A stretch of 64,000 nt of DNA from the human T2T-CHM13v2.0 reference genome, Homo sapiens (GCA_009914755.4 CP068257.2:22304001-22368000), one strand, 5' to 3'; numbered from the stretch's first letter, positions 1 to 15,611 are shown. Notes: generated by a model from the sequence alone, not told the origin. Made by a program: numbers and translations.

Positions 1-179
1 CGAGTAGCTGGGACTACAGGCGCCCGCCACCACACTCGGCTAATTTTTTTGTATTTTTTTTAGTGGACACGGGGTTTCACCGTGTTAGCCAGGATGGTCT
101 TGATCTCCTGACTTTGTGATCCACCCGCCTCGGCCCCCCAAAGTGCTGGGATTACAGGCGTGAGCCACCGCGCCCGGCC
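1..179 (-). mobile_element. Alu SINE, truncated at the window edge, antisense
   Basis: Reverse complement of Alu consensus ending ...tgagccaccgcgcccggcc; A-rich linker and right and left monomers recognisable. Confidence 0.9.
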
Positions 180-1963
180 GTAAATACGTATTTTTAACAG
201 TAAATTAGAAGGCATGTCAGAGGTGTGATGGGGAAAATTTGATGTCAATAAAAGCATATGAAGTTTATCGCCAACAGGGTTGACATTTAAATGTAATTAG
301 CATGGGACACCTTATTGAGAAGTGACATTTGGGACAAGCAATTGAGGTTTAAAGACATTCCAGGAAACGGGAACAGCCAGTGTAAAGACCCTGAGAAAGA
401 AACGTGTGCTTTCCAGGCGCAGCAAGGAAGCCAGTGAAGCCAGAACAAAATGAACAAGGGGAAGAATATTAGCATATGAGGCCAGCAGCGTAGCAAAGTT
501 CAGATCGTGTAGACTGTTCATCTGAGTCTACTTTGTGTTGCTATGAATGAATACCTGAGGCTGGGTAATTTACAAAGAAAAAAGATTTGCTTTAGCTCAT
601 GGATCTACAGACTATAAAAGAAGCATAGTGCCAGCGTTTACTTCTGGTGAAGACTTCAAGAAGCTTTCCACCACAGCAGAAAGCAAGTGTGGAACAGGCA
701 TGTCACACTGTGAGAGAGGGAGCAAGAGAGAGGTGGTACGGGAGCTGCCACGCTCTTTTTAACAACCAGTTCTTACAGGAATTAATAGAGTGAGAACTCG
801 CCCATGACTTCAAAGATGGCACCAAGTCATGCATGAGATATCTGCCTCCATGACCCAAACACCTCCCATTAGACCCTGCCCCCAACCGAGAGGATTACAT
901 TTCAACATGGGATTTGGAGGGGCACACATCCGAACTATATCACAGTCTGAAGAGCTCTTATTAACAACAACAAACCAGAACATTATCCTTAAAGTGCCAA
1001 ACAGAAAACTACTATTCTATATCTATCCAATGTTGAGAAATAATTTTCTTTAAGACTCAAATTGCTGCATATATGCTTACTACCCTTTTAAGAATGTGTA
1101 TAGAGAACAGTCTTGAAAAGATATAGTGTCTTTTTTTCCAATATCTATTTATGTATATGTATGTGTGTGTGAAATATATATATTCATATATACATATATC
1201 TCTATAAGATAATCAAAAGGCAGCCAGTGTCATCATTTTATTGACATAATCTATGTTCAAAATTATAAATTAAAAAATTATTATTATGAATGAATAGGAT
1301 TATATATTAACGATAAAAAGGACAATTCTCTAGGAAGATCTAATAATCATGTTTGTTCTTAAATGAACTTGTTATAAAATAATACATAAATATATTTGAA
1401 TAAAATATATATTTGAATGAAAGTAAAATTTCTACATATTAATATATGTGTGCTACTTAATGCCAATATTAGAAGTCATGATCCTTTGTATATTAATGAA
1501 TTAAGTATTCAAATAATAGTCTTCTATTTAAGTATTATTAGAATGTTTTTCCTAATAATAGTCAATAGTGTTTCTGTATTTAAATAATAGAGGAAAAACA
1601 ACACAGTAAATCCAAATAATGCCAAAAACAGAAATAATGCAATGTGGAATAGAAATTAAGGATTATAAAATAAAATAACAACAGAGATTAATAATAACTT
1701 AAAGGTGGGTTTTTCGGGCAAAACTATTAAGGTAGGTAAACTGATGAACTCATGAGAAAAAGACAGCGGGTTAAATTAGTAGTAAGAAGAATTTAAAAAG
1801 TGATCAAAATGAAATTGAAAAGCAAACTTCTAGAGCTTTCCACCTGGGGCCTGGAAATTAGTGTTCTTTGTATTCTCCCATCTTCTGTTATCTAAAATAC
1901 CACTTACTGCATAGTACGCACTCAACAAATATTTATTGAATAAATAATTTAATCAATGATTAA

Positions 1964-2335
<372 letters not shown>

Positions 2336-2606
2336 TTCATAGATTTAAATTTTATTATTTTTCCCATGCCACATTGAATTACAATGCTAGAAAGAAAGGA
2401 AAATATAAGCAAGAAATAAGCCATGTTAAAGTTGCTAATCTTTTTTTTTCAGTTCCTCATGTTTAATGTTCTCTCCTTTTTTTTTCTTGTTTATGTAGAC
2501 ACCGCAGGCAACTCTCATTTCTGTTCTTATTACCCTTTTTGTTTATCCCAACTTTTCTGGATATATCACTGTGGATATTATGTTCTGCTTTAAAAAATGT
2601 GGAATA

Positions 2607-2992
<386 letters not shown>

Positions 2993-3319
2993 TTATTCCC
3001 TCATTAGATCAAGAGTTTCCAAAGCTGGGCCTCTTTATCACTATAATAAACAACACCTGGGGATTTGTTGAAAATGCAAATTCCTAATCTTATCCCAGTC
3101 CTACTGATTCAAAAACTCTGAGGTGGATCCCATAAATCCTTTTTTATCAAGACTGCAAATAATTTTGATGCATCCTTAAGTGTTAGAATTACTGTGACAG
3201 TTCTTTATGATAGAAACAATGGTAGCAATGAAAATCATAAGCTTCTGCATCAGATGGGCATGAGTTTGAGCTCATATCTAAAGGGTAGATAGTAGTTCTG
3301 TAACATTAAGGAGCTGATG

Positions 3320-3470
3320 TAACCTCAGCAAGCCTCATTGTCTCATCTGCAGAATGGGCATGGCAATGCAAAACACAAAGAGCTGTTGTGAGGGATCAAG
3401 ATAATGTCAGTAAATTGCATGGTTGAATGCACTGTAGTTATTTATCTAACAAGCACTTACTGAGCACAAA
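3320..3470 (-). mobile_element. MIR SINE fragment (antisense core)
   Basis: Motifs ctcatctgcagaatggg, gttgtgagggatcaagataatg and cacttactgagcac resemble the antisense of the MIR core (tcatctgtaaaatggg ... gttgtgaggattaaatgagataatg). Confidence 0.5.
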
Positions 3471-3950
3471 CTATTCACCAAATGGCTGATTGGTGATTGG
3501 GTTTAGAAAGGTAGAATTTCAATTCCCAAGTTATCTAGGTTTGACAATATTGGGACAGAATGATGGGATCCACCATTGGGGAGCATTAACTCATTCTGAG
3601 TCCAGAGGAGGTCCTGTCTCTGAGTGCTGTCTCAGTGCAGAGGGAGAGGAAGGAGTAGGCAGATAGCAGGAAGCAGAGCTCTGAGTAATATCGCGCTGCT
3701 CTGGAACATCTGTTTCTCCTCACCTGTGTAGAACAGTAGCAAAGAAAAGGAAAAGAAGAAAGAAGTAGAGTATTGATTGTTGAAGCCACTAATCCATGTC
3801 CTAACAAGGGAGTGGCATAAGATGTCTCTGAAAGTGACAAAGACCTCAAACCCCAGAAACCTTGGAAGCACTGGTCACAAGATCAGCAAAGAGAATTTTC
3901 TTACTGGAGGCCTCTAGACCTGTTCTTCCCTCTATGCATATGAGCACATG

Positions 3951-3980
3951 CACGTGCACACACAGACACACACACACACA
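3951..3980. repeat. (CA)n dinucleotide microsatellite, short and imperfect
   Basis: cacacagacacacacacacacaa. Confidence 0.8.
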
Positions 3981-6900
3981 ATAAAGGAGAGAAAGCACAA
4001 CAGGCTACCTAGTTGCTCTATATTTAAAAAATTACTATCTTTAATTTTTTAATGAAATGTTTTAAATTTAAATTAAAGATAATATCTGTCTCAGGACAGT
4101 ATAGTAAGTCTGTTGTTCCTGGATTTGGCTCTTTGTTGGTGAAAATAAATCTTGTATTCCAGCCTCAAATTTGTACTCCAATGAATGGGATTTTTTCCAC
4201 TACCCATTTCCTTTGTACTAGTGTTTTGCCCTTGTGCCCAGGTACCCTAACTTCTAAGCAGATCGTATTTGCCTTGCTTCTTTCTTAGAATATGAGTTTT
4301 CTGCCTTATGCTCTAGTCCAGTGGTTTGCAACTGGGACTAATTTTCCCCCCGGAGGATATTTGGCAAAGTTGGGTGTTATTATTGTTGCCAGAACTCAAG
4401 GATACTAATGGCTTCTACTGAGTAGAGTCCAGAAATGCTTCTAAACATCTTACAATGCAGAGCACAACCCTCTACAACAAAGCATTACGGTTGAGAAACC
4501 CTTCCCTAGTTCTGTGATGTGTGGTTTTCCTGTCCTCAAACTCCTCTCCTGTTATGCTACTGACAGCTACACTAGGCTTCCTGGAAGCTTCCTGCAGGTC
4601 TACTGTAATGTTGGCATGTACTTTTCTGTCACTTTGACTCCCAATGGGTGAGCATATTTGACTTGGTTGGCAATGTTATGAAGCTACATTCTGATGTTCT
4701 CTCTTTCTCTCTCTAATCTTCATGACCTGCTGTCCTGGATTAGCATCAAATCTCTGGGCTCAGATCCCCACATGTAGACCCAAGACCCAACTTATTCATC
4801 TAGATTCAGGCTTTATTCACATCTGTGAGTTCCCTTGGTTAGCCCACTAACCTTAAACTAAATGCATCCCAAGCTTGATGTTATGAAATATGATGCATTG
4901 GCCTCAGAAAATTGTTAGACCTTTTAGTGAAGATCAGATATAATGATACTAGAAAAGAAAATGATACCCTCTAGTCTTTATTAGCATATGTAGTCCTTCC
5001 AAACAAGACATATCACTTCTAGGTGCTTTGCAACTGTCCAGTTGTTTTGTACAATATTCTACACAATTTGTTTACTATGGTCTCAAACCAATTGACTTGA
5101 AGACACCAGTAGGCATACTATGACTATCCTGACTTCATTAATTCATATTTGAATCAGATAGAACATTTATACTGAATTAATAACACCAAAATCTCAGTGA
5201 TTTAGAACAACAAAGGTATCCTTGCTCCTTGCAAAGATGCCATTGTGCTTTACAAAATGCTCAAATTCCCATGCTGAAGGAGGCATCAACCCATGCATTA
5301 GTAATTTACAGGACAGAAAAGGGGACATACCAAGTCATGAACTTACTTTTAATGCTATCAATCTTGAAGTGACATCATGTGTGAGTTTACAAGGCCAACA
5401 CCAAAGTTCAGTCATTGCTAGGAGAACTCACAGGACTCAGCATATACTCACATGTGAGTCACAGGACTCACATGGGCATGATTTATTACAATAAAAAGAT
5501 ACAAAGCAAAATCAACAAAGGAAAAAGTGCATGGGTCAAAACCCAGAGGAAAACTATGCACAAACTTCCACAAGTCCTCTCCCAGGACAGTCACACAGGA
5601 TGTGCTTAATTTCTTAATCAATAAGTTTGTGATAGGCATGAATTATTTTCTACTAAAAAAACTCCTAGCAGGGTGGAAAACAACTCTTTCTTATGTCTAA
5701 GTTCTGAACCAGAAATAGTTGGTGAAAAACACTATGATATTGGTTATTATTTTACTGTGGAGTAAAACAAAATTAAATAGACATAATTAAATTTGATCTT
5801 ACATAGTAAGTAAATATGCATAGTTATGTTTTCACAATTTAGACAAAAAAGGCCTATAATCCTTACATTTTTCACATTATCTCCTAAGATAATTTTTTGA
5901 GGTTTTTTTGTTTTGATTTTTCTGCAATGTCTACCTCTCAAGATTTCAGCCGGAATTAAATTATCTATGGAAATGGTAATTTTTTCTACCCATCAATATT
6001 ATTTTCCTTGAGAAGTCAGAGATAAATGCCATCTGGACATAGCATTTTATCATTAGATGTTTTACTTTCTTGATCATCTGTTCTGCCAAGATACAGTTTT
6101 TCTTCAGTGTTTATTTTTCCTACCTGAGAACTGTTTATTGCTGGCATTTGTTCCTCTTCCTTTCTCTGTTAACACAGAAGCAAGAAGAGCTTTGGATGTT
6201 TTGGCAATGTGTCCATCTGCCATGTATCCATCACCGTTGCCATATTTTGTAGCTAGGATCTCTGCAAAGCAGTGAGGCACAGAGCAATACACTGACTGGA
6301 GCTGGGTTCAAACCAAAAAGTCCTGCTCTGTATTGGGGAAAATGGTGCAGTGATTGACATCTGGACCTGCTTTGACAGGCTCTTCTCTGCAAATGAAAGT
6401 CTTAGAATGGACAAATTTGCTGCTGACATGTGCACTCCAGTTCACCTTTAAGTATGGTGAGACTTGACATTGCTTGAGCTTTCTTGTTCAGGCTCAGTCT
6501 TGGTTTCCATTTTTACATATGCAGGGCTTATCATGTTTAGATTTTCACTTCATTGCACACTTGCCTCATTTCAGATATCTTTCTTCCTGCCTCTTGTAAA
6601 AATGTTGAAATTCTCATTTGTGCTGTTAACATTTTCTCATTTGGAAATTTGTCACTTCCAGTCCAGCATTTTCCTACCATTACATAAAGAGATGGTGATC
6701 ACTGGCTTTGTGATTTCTTTAATATAATTTATTGTATCATACTTTTCCTTTTGTCTTGTGTCTTTCTTCCAACATTATTTGGTTTCCCATTTCTCATCAG
6801 AGCAAAACACGATTCTTTTAATTTTTAGCTCCTTTTAAAAAGATGCATTTAAACTAATTTGTGAGAAATTTGAAAATGATTCACAATATAAAATACATTA

Positions 6901-8094
6901 ATTCTGATTTATAAAATAATCTAGTGTTTGTTCATTGCTGTGTATCCAAATCAATTTTTGTATATTTATGCACACACATATATGTGTGCAAGTTTGTGTG
7001 TGCATGCACATATATCTTGTATATTTGTGTATTTCTATATCTGTTTTGCCCCTTCATTAGAAAGTGTTCATTGTAAACAAAGCCCCCATCACAGCTCATT
7101 CTACTCTGACCTTCATGACTTAGTTAAAACACTGAATGTTGAAGGAAACCGTGCCCCCAACTCGACTGCCTGCAAACTGGATTACTTCTGTTGTTGCAAG
7201 AACTCATGAAAATGTCCTTCCTCAAGTAAGTCTTTTTGAACTGATTTGTAAAGAGCTTACTGCCTCACTACATAATTCTGAGTTTGAGTATAAAACTTGC
7301 ATACAATATTTTCTTGATTTCTGTTTGCAAAAATTGATTTAGCCATGCAGTATAAGCTTAATCAGCTCTTACGCTGGACCTATACTCAGGGTAAATACAC
7401 CAATACTTATTTCACTGTAATGATAACTGCTTAATCAAATATTTACTTATTGTGCAAATTGTTTCACATCTGAGTTTTATGCTTTTAAATGAGGTTTTGA
7501 AGATTCTCCAAGAAAACTGGCAATGCAGTTTTTATCTGGAGTTGCCAAGGGTGTTACTAAGGAAATAAGAAGTTAGCTAAGAGACCCTTTCAAAATGAAA
7601 AGCAATTTTAAATCAAATACGCTAAGTATAAAAAAGTTGCTTCTTGGGAAGAAAAAAATGAGCAAAGTTTCAAAGATAGCATGAAGCAGGAAAACCTTTT
7701 AAAACGAAAGAAATTAAGTTAGTAAGACCCTATGTTCCAAAGTAGTGGGGTATTTTTTTTATCTTCCCTCATGAAGAGAAAAAGCAGAGAAATATTAGAA
7801 CAAGAGAATTGAAAGAAAATGTCAAGTCTCTTTCCTATCTCCTTAATTAGTTTTTCTTGCTACCTGGACTCGTAAACATTTGGTAAGGTAGAAAAAAGAC
7901 AATTTTAATGAAGCAGAACAACATCCAGAGAGCGGACTCTGACACTGAGCACACCAAGCAAAATCAAAAAGTTAGGAAGATAATTGAGTCTAGTATTTTA
8001 ACCTAAAAATGAGGACTTTAAAACTAAACGATAAGAGAGAGAACAATTTTTTAAGAAGAAATATCTCAACATTTCTTTTTGAAACTTTGATTTG

Positions 8095-8389
<295 letters not shown>

Positions 8390-8465
8390 TGTGAAACTTT
8401 AATTTTAAAGGCTTGTTTGGCTAAAGATAAAATTTACCTGTTTAAAATTAGGGTTTTTTAAAATA

Positions 8466-8518
8466 TATATATATATATGTATATACATATACATACACAT
8501 ATACGTATACATATAGTT
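8466..8518. repeat. (TA)n/(TATG)n compound microsatellite
   Basis: atatatatatatatgtatatacatatacatacacatatacgtatacatatag. Confidence 0.8.
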
Positions 8519-8925
8519 ATAATTTATTAACTCAAGCCAAGAAGAAACCTCGGGAAGCCAGTGAAGAAAAATTGTTTTTCATACTGTGTGGTCATGTCAA
8601 ACAAGACAATGGAGGGAGAGAAGGAGGAGAATGTCAGGAATTGAATATATAGAACTTGTCATGAAGTGATGGCACTTATGTCACTAAAATAGAGTCATGG
8701 CTAAGTAAGAAAATATAGCTGAAGAAAGTGTCATTTATTTATTTTTTATTTAGAAAATTATATATATATGTCAACATCACTGCATTTTGATTAATGATAA
8801 TTAAAGTGTTATATTATTTTTAGACATTGTATAAAAGACATTTACTGGACAGTGTCTTAATAAATCCTCACAACAACCTTATGAAGCATTTATTTTTATT
8901 TTTACTCATTTTTATTTTTATTTTG

Positions 8926-8990
8926 CCACTTTACAGATGAGGTGATCAGGCTTAGAGAGTTTAAATAACTTGCTCAAAATCACATGGTCA
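8926..8990 (+). mobile_element. MIR SINE core fragment
   Basis: gccactttacagatgaggtgatcaggcttagagagtttaaataacttgctcaaaatcacatgg matches the MIR core ttacagatgaggaaactgaggctcagagaggttaagtaacttgcccaaggtcacac. Confidence 0.55.
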
Positions 8991-9467
8991 ATTAAAGCAA
9001 CTTTTCAAAACCAAGGAGCCTGAATCTACTAATTTACCCATTATGTTCTTCTACATTTTGGTTTGACATGTGAGCTCCTGTAGGGAAGAAAAATAACAGC
9101 AATATTAATACAAGATAATTAAGCTAAAAAATGTATTTTTGGATCAAAGATAGCATATACAATAGAGTGGTAACTTAAATTTTTCAAAAAGAAAACTTTA
9201 TGCTTTACTAAGAAAATTTAAGAGGAATTCTGTGGATTTCCACTACACGCCTACTTACGTGCCAGCATCTATACTCACACATTCTATTGATAAAACTACC
9301 CATGCTTCAGTATAAAACCACTTCCTCTGTTAGACACCAGGTAGTATTCTATTTCTCAAGGTTACCGTACTAGTAATTTTTCATTTTCTCTTTTGCATCC
9401 TCATTTTTCTTCTCTATTAGAACATTCTCACAATCATAAAATATACTATTTTTCTGTCTCACCATTT

Positions 9468-9501
9468 AAAAGCAAAACAAAACAAAACAAAACAAAACAA
9501 A
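9468..9501. repeat. (CAAAA)n pentanucleotide repeat
   Basis: aaaacaaaacaaaacaaaacaaaacaaaca. Confidence 0.8.
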
Positions 9502-10137
9502 CAGCTATCTTCACCCCACCACCTATCCAGCTATTTCCTCAACTCTCTTTCTTCCCTTTGCAACGATATGCCTAGACAAAGTTGTCTATCATAGCTTTTA
9601 TTCCTCTATTTCAAACCTCCCTTCTATACCCCCCAAACAGGTGTTTCCTTTCACCATTATGACCAAAAATATTCTCAAAAAGCCACAATGACTTCCTCAA
9701 AAATCAAACCACTATTTGCAATCATATTGCATTGCTATCAAAATACATAACACCTACTAAATCGTGATATTCAACATAAACTATCTAAGCTCAAATTGTT
9801 TTCCAAACAGCTGACTCCCTGTTAACTCAACATCAACTTACCCCTTCATCAGGGGTGAGGTGTCTTGTTCACGGTGCCTAGAACATGGCCTGATACATAG
9901 TACGTGCTCAAAAAATATTTACTGAATATATGCATGAATGAATACATGTGCAATTAAATGAATGAATAATACATGAGCAAATGTGTGACCTAAAGTAGCC
10001 CAGTGGATTGTCATTTTAAAAATGTACTGGCAAACCTATGTCAAGCCACAAAATGATTTAATATGTCACAACTCATTTAACCTCTGGTTATGTTCTACGG
10101 AAGTCAGTACTGAAGGAAAGATTATTAATGAGATCAA

Positions 10138-10237
10138 TAAACAGTGTTTCTGTGGGGTAGGTGTCCATTCATAAATTTTGTATTTCCATAAACAGTGTTT
10201 CCGTGGGGTAGATATTCAATCATAATTTTTATATTTC
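10138..10237. repeat. Tandem duplication of a unit of about 48 bp (2 copies)
   Basis: aaacagtgtttctgtggggtaggtgtccattcataaattttgtatttcc followed by ataaacagtgtttccgtggggtagatattcaatcataatttttatatttc. Confidence 0.7.
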
Positions 10238-10498
10238 ACGTGCCTTTCACGGTGCTTGTTAAAGCTCAATAATGTTTGCGAAGTGACAAAATGAATAAAT
10301 ACCATTTCAATACTGCAATGAAAATAAAGATACAAGTACATGTAATAACTTTGAAAGTGTTTACTCCTGTAACACACTTGTTTTCCTGTGCAACACCGTT
10401 ATATTTCAGCTCCAGGTGTACAGTGAATCGGTGTAGAAATCTACTCTCTAAAAGAGATGCAATACATGCCTAGGAAACTAAAGTGCATTTTTTCTATA

Positions 10499-11250
10499 CG
10501 GTAGTCCCCCTTATTCCTGGTTTTGCTTTCCAAGGTTTCAGCTAGCTGCAGTCAACGGCACCCCAAAAATATTAATGGAAAATTCCAGAAATAGAAAATT
10601 CCTAAGTTTTAAATTGGGTGCTGTTCTGAGTAGTGAGATAAAATCTAGTGTTGCCCTGCTCCACCCCATTCGGGATATTAATCATCTCTTTGTCCAGCAG
10701 ATCCAAGCTGTCTATGCTACTGGCTCATTAGTCACTTAGGAGCCATCTCCATTATTAGATTGACTGTCACACGTTCTGTAGTGAGTGTGTTCGCGTCCCT
10801 TATTTTATGTAATAATGACCCAAAGCACAGAAGTAGTGATTCTGGCAATTCAGAGATGCCAAATAGAAGCCATAAAGTGCTTCCTTTATGTGAAGGTTCT
10901 TGACTTAATAAGGAAAGACAAAAATGTCTATTGAGGTTGCTGAGATCCATAGTAAGAATGGATCTTCTATTTGTGAAATTGTAAAGAAGGGAAAATACGT
11001 GTGCTACATTTTCTGTTGTATCTTCAAACTGCAAAAAATCCAACCATAGTGTGTGATTACTTTAATTACTGTGTATTGTCATGATTTTTCTATTTTAATC
11101 TTAGTTATTATTTTTAATCTCTTACTGTGCCTAATTAATTAAACTTTGTCATAGCTGATGTATGTATAGGAAAAAACAGTATATGTAGGATTGGTACTAT
11201 TCTCAGTTTTAAGCATACACAGGTGGTCTTTTGAAAGTATACCTCTCCTG
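10499..11250 (+). mobile_element. Tigger-family (pogo/TcMar) DNA transposon, internally deleted non-autonomous copy
   Basis: Terminal repeat-like ggtagtcccccttattcctggttttgctttccaaggtttcag. The plus-strand reading retains a CENP-B/pogo N-terminal-like remnant (..SDSGNSEMPNRSHKVLPL.. VKVLDLIRKDKNVY..). The 3' end (tcttactgtgcctaattaattaaactttgtcatagctgatgtatgtataggaaaaaacagtatatgtaggattggtactattctcagttttaagcatacacaggtggtctt) matches the Tigger 3' terminus. The transposase body is missing. Confidence 0.65.
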
Positions 11251-14200
11251 TAAAAGGGAACTACAAACGTGCAACGTTCCTCTTAGAGAAAAATGAACTT
11301 TCCGGGGAATAATGTACGGACACAGACACAATTTAGGAAGCAGCTAAAATCAAACTGCATGCAGTTTACATGGTAAAGAAAGATTGCTGATGGGATTGGG
11401 AGTCTCACACCTTTAGGCCAACTGTGTTTAATTAAACTGATGTTCTTGGCAAGAGAAAGGAATATTAGTAAGAAACCCATTGGGAGGTGTAGTGGCTGCA
11501 GTGCCCCAGGAATTCACTAATAAATAGTACACATGCACTGACAAGATAAGGACAAATGAGAGTGGCTCTGACAACCTAATTATGTATTTTTGTAGACTGG
11601 GCATTGCAGAGTTCAGCAGTTCAGAGGAATGTGTGGTAGAACATATTGTGAACACAGAGGCATGATAGGGCCAAGCCTGAACGATGTGGAGCACAGAAGG
11701 CCCTGGAATACCAGGCCCCACAACCAATGCTGAGCTCATCACCCAAGAAAGCAATAAATTAATCATGTCCAAAGTACACTGTGTTTCTGTTTTTATGTGT
11801 GAAAATGAGAAACTTGGGAATAAAAGTAAATTTTTTGACGTACTGATCTCCTGAAAGCAATTCTTTTTGACATTTTAAAGGTCCTTATTTTCAGAAGCTA
11901 TTCTGTTTGAAATCTGAGATTCTAAGACGTCAAAGGTATACTTTTAATAGTTTCACTTGCTATTATACTGTTACTTAATTGAAAAAATCTGTTGTTATTT
12001 AATATCTTTCACATTCTTGTTTTCTCTGTAGCTTTTAAACGTAAAACTTTTTTCCTGGATCATGCAAGTTTAAAATTCAAATATCATTACTTATATTCAA
12101 GGCATTATTAAAATGAAACATATATTTAAATATTTCATGCAAAACTGAAAACTTTGTAAAGTTTTTTCCTTAAAATGTGTTTCATCATATATATTTATCA
12201 TGTTATAGTAGTTTAAAATGGATGAGGTTTGTTTCCCCAGTTTTACCTTTTATTTTTCCAAAAAAGGTTAATGTGCTATTATAAAAATAAAACAATTTTT
12301 GGCTTTGTCTGCCATGAGTAATAGGACCTGCTGAATTAAATTTTATCTTTGCCCCAGGCACATTGTGAATTTAAAGTCTTTGCAATTTCTCATTTTTCTT
12401 TTCAAGTCAGAAATGGGCTTGAAGTTTCATAAGAATTTCAAACTCAGATGAAAACTGTCACACCAGCACCTGCAGCAGCTTTATGCACCATGAAGGATTA
12501 ATCTTGTGAAATAATCTTACAAGTAACTTTTACCTGTCTGATATTTAAGACCTCACTATTTAAGAAGATACACAAAAAATCTAAATGCAGTTTCCTTAAC
12601 ATTACTATCCATTATAGATAGAAATCCTGTAACAAGTTGAGTCATTATCTGAGAGGAATCATAGTATATCTATCTATTTAGTATATTAATTTTAGAAAAG
12701 CTTTTATTGTAAATATTTTAAGAGTTGTTTTTTGAGAATTGTAGCTAAGCCATTTAAAATAGAAATATTTAACATGTAAATGTTACCATTAGATTATCGT
12801 TCTATATAGAATGTTTTTAAGAACTGAGATTTTGAAAACCTTAGAGATATATAAGTTGATAATACAGAAGTGGGTCAATGATATGTATACAAAGTAATAA
12901 ATATAGATTTAAGCAAAGAAAATGTATTGGTTAACAGGAATATCATAGCACCAGTAATTAAAAATATAGAGAGTAACAATGGATAATCATTTATCTATCT
13001 ACTTATGTGTTCCTCCCTTTTCCCACAAAATTTAGAAAAATTTTACAGATTATTCTAGTAAAGATATAATAAAAATAATGCACTGCAAGAAAACAGATAG
13101 GCTTTTTAAAATAAATAAATTTGCTATTATGTCAAGTGCATAAAAGTAAGAGATATTGTAGTTTCTCTAAGAATATAATTTTGCTAAAATAAAATAAGCA
13201 GGCACAAACAAATATATGAGCAAAAACCAGAAGTTTTATTAGGAGTAGAAACATTAAATGGTCACAATAGTTAGTGAATTGTAGAAATATGAATTTTTTG
13301 CCTTGTTTTCTATCTTCTGTATGGTTTTTTAAATACTAAAAATGACAATTTTTAACATATATTGAAATATAGAAAAAGTCTGCGATACGATATTGACTAA
13401 AAACTATGGTATAATGTTAAGCTTCTAAAAATATCTAAAATAGATAAAAATATTGTAAATAACATAAAGATTATAAAGCCAAAAATAAATTAATTTTATT
13501 CTTGCTAGAAGTCACCTACCAAACAAAAAATTACCATTGATGAATATGTAACTTCCATACCTTAAGATTTTGTATCCTGAATAAAAATTTGGTGGCATAG
13601 TTACATTTTTTTTTTTAATTTACTCATTAGAATCCTCTTGTATTTGTAGTTTTTTTTTTTGTACCAGAGCTATTTGTCCAAATAAGAACTCTTTGGTTAT
13701 TATATGATTCCATTAGTTATGTGCCTTTTTTGTGAAACATGTAATAAAAACTTGTTCTTGCTACAATTTCTCCTGTTTAGTAACATTTCTTTAGAAAAAG
13801 CAAATAATTTATATGTAATTAATAAACTACTGCGTTCAATAATATTAATTTACTAATATTTGCGATGGACTCCAGCCTAAAACTGTATGTTATTTGTTTT
13901 TTCATAAAATTTGAATAGACTTATTATCAATTTAAACCCAAAGTCATTTAATGTTTTAAAAAGAAAAGCAAACTTTTTTGTGCATTTGCTATGTGCTAGG
14001 GACTTTGCAACCATTCTCTTATTTAATTCTAATTTAATAGCCCCCTGAGATGCAACTATCATTTACCCCATTTTCTTATAAACACTATCTCAGAGAAGTG
14101 CAACAATGTGCCCAAGAGAGGACAAGATGTGCTTGAAAGATGTGAAGCTCAATTTCAAATCGGTCTGAACCTGAATTAAGAGATTTAATCACTATACTCT

Positions 14201-15611
14201 ATAATGGGTACTAACCACACCCCCTTGCCCTTTATCCTTGTTAGTTTACTGCAGTACTTTATACAAACCTTTCTTCTTGTTTCTTCTTGGTGTTTTTATG
14301 ATGCAGTTAATCCGTTCCCTCATTCAATAAATACCACACTTATACAGTACCTAAAGAAAGCATTCTTTCCTTTCCTTCTCCATGTAATAGTCACCTTGAA
14401 CCTGAATTTATGCAAATAACTGCATATCTAATTAAAAACCAGAATTTTTCCTTTCACCCGGCTCAAGATTAATTGATTCTGATTTGAAAGACTGCAGTAT
14501 GGCAAATGTTTGTGTTATGAGAATAAACAAAGACTACCCACCGAAGAACAAACAAGTGAAGCTATTTATTTAGAGGTTACTGTAACAAGGGAGTGGGCTA
14601 CCATTATCTATTAATATTATCCATGTTTGGCGGAGACTCAAAGACTGACAGACAGTGGAAAAGCTTTTTAGTAATGCAAAAAGAAAAAGAGGCTATGTAG
14701 AGACCTTGATGGCAGGTTGTTGTCATGGGAAGGACTGGGACAGGTTACCTGGACACATGTCATCTTATGGAATTGATTTTATATTTGGCTTTCTTTTTGT
14801 TCATCCTGATTGAAAGTGAGAACAAATACAGGGAAGTTGGCAGCATTGACTTAGTCCTGACCATCTGAGCTGGTTATTACAAAGGCTGTCATTTGACTTT
14901 CTGGATTGATTGCTACAGAAGTTGTTTTTTGGTTTCCTGGGCATCTAATGTGAGTCATCAGCGTTATATTACCATAAGTGGTCTGGCCATTGTCCCTTTG
15001 TATATTCAGTCTTTCGGTGGTTATTTTCCCTACTTTTTTCTAACCTTTATCAACTTGGATTTCTCACTCTCTAGAGATCTAGCACTGGGAGAGAGACAAC
15101 AGCAGAAAGGGGAGCACAGACTTTATAAAGGTAATGCTGGTAGAATCTGCTGTCAGTCTCCTCTTGGTATGGCAGGCACTTGAAGCCAAGTCTTTTTCTT
15201 TAAACCTTTGATACGAAGTGTAGTTGTTGAACCAGACACATCAGCCATCACCTTGGAGTTTGCCATAGCTTACCGAATATCCTGTATTGCAGCAAGATAC
15301 TTAGGTAGTTTGTAAGCACAGTAACATTTAGGAAGCAGTGCTCTAGAATGCCTTTGTGAGTTTTCCCTGGGTTTTCTCAGTGACATGTTCCAGTTGCAAT
15401 TTTCATGAGGTTGATGGTCCCCCTCCACTGACTGCTTTCTGTTACTCTTCAGTCCACAGGCTTCATTTTGTGAATGTGTCCATTTTATGCTTGGTCATTT
15501 TGTCCCTTAGGTTATGTCACTTGCAGTACCTTTCAGGAAAGCTCCAGGCTGGATTAATCAACGTGCTGCACAGAAAACACAGACTCTTACTTCATTGGTG
15601 AAAGTGCACTT

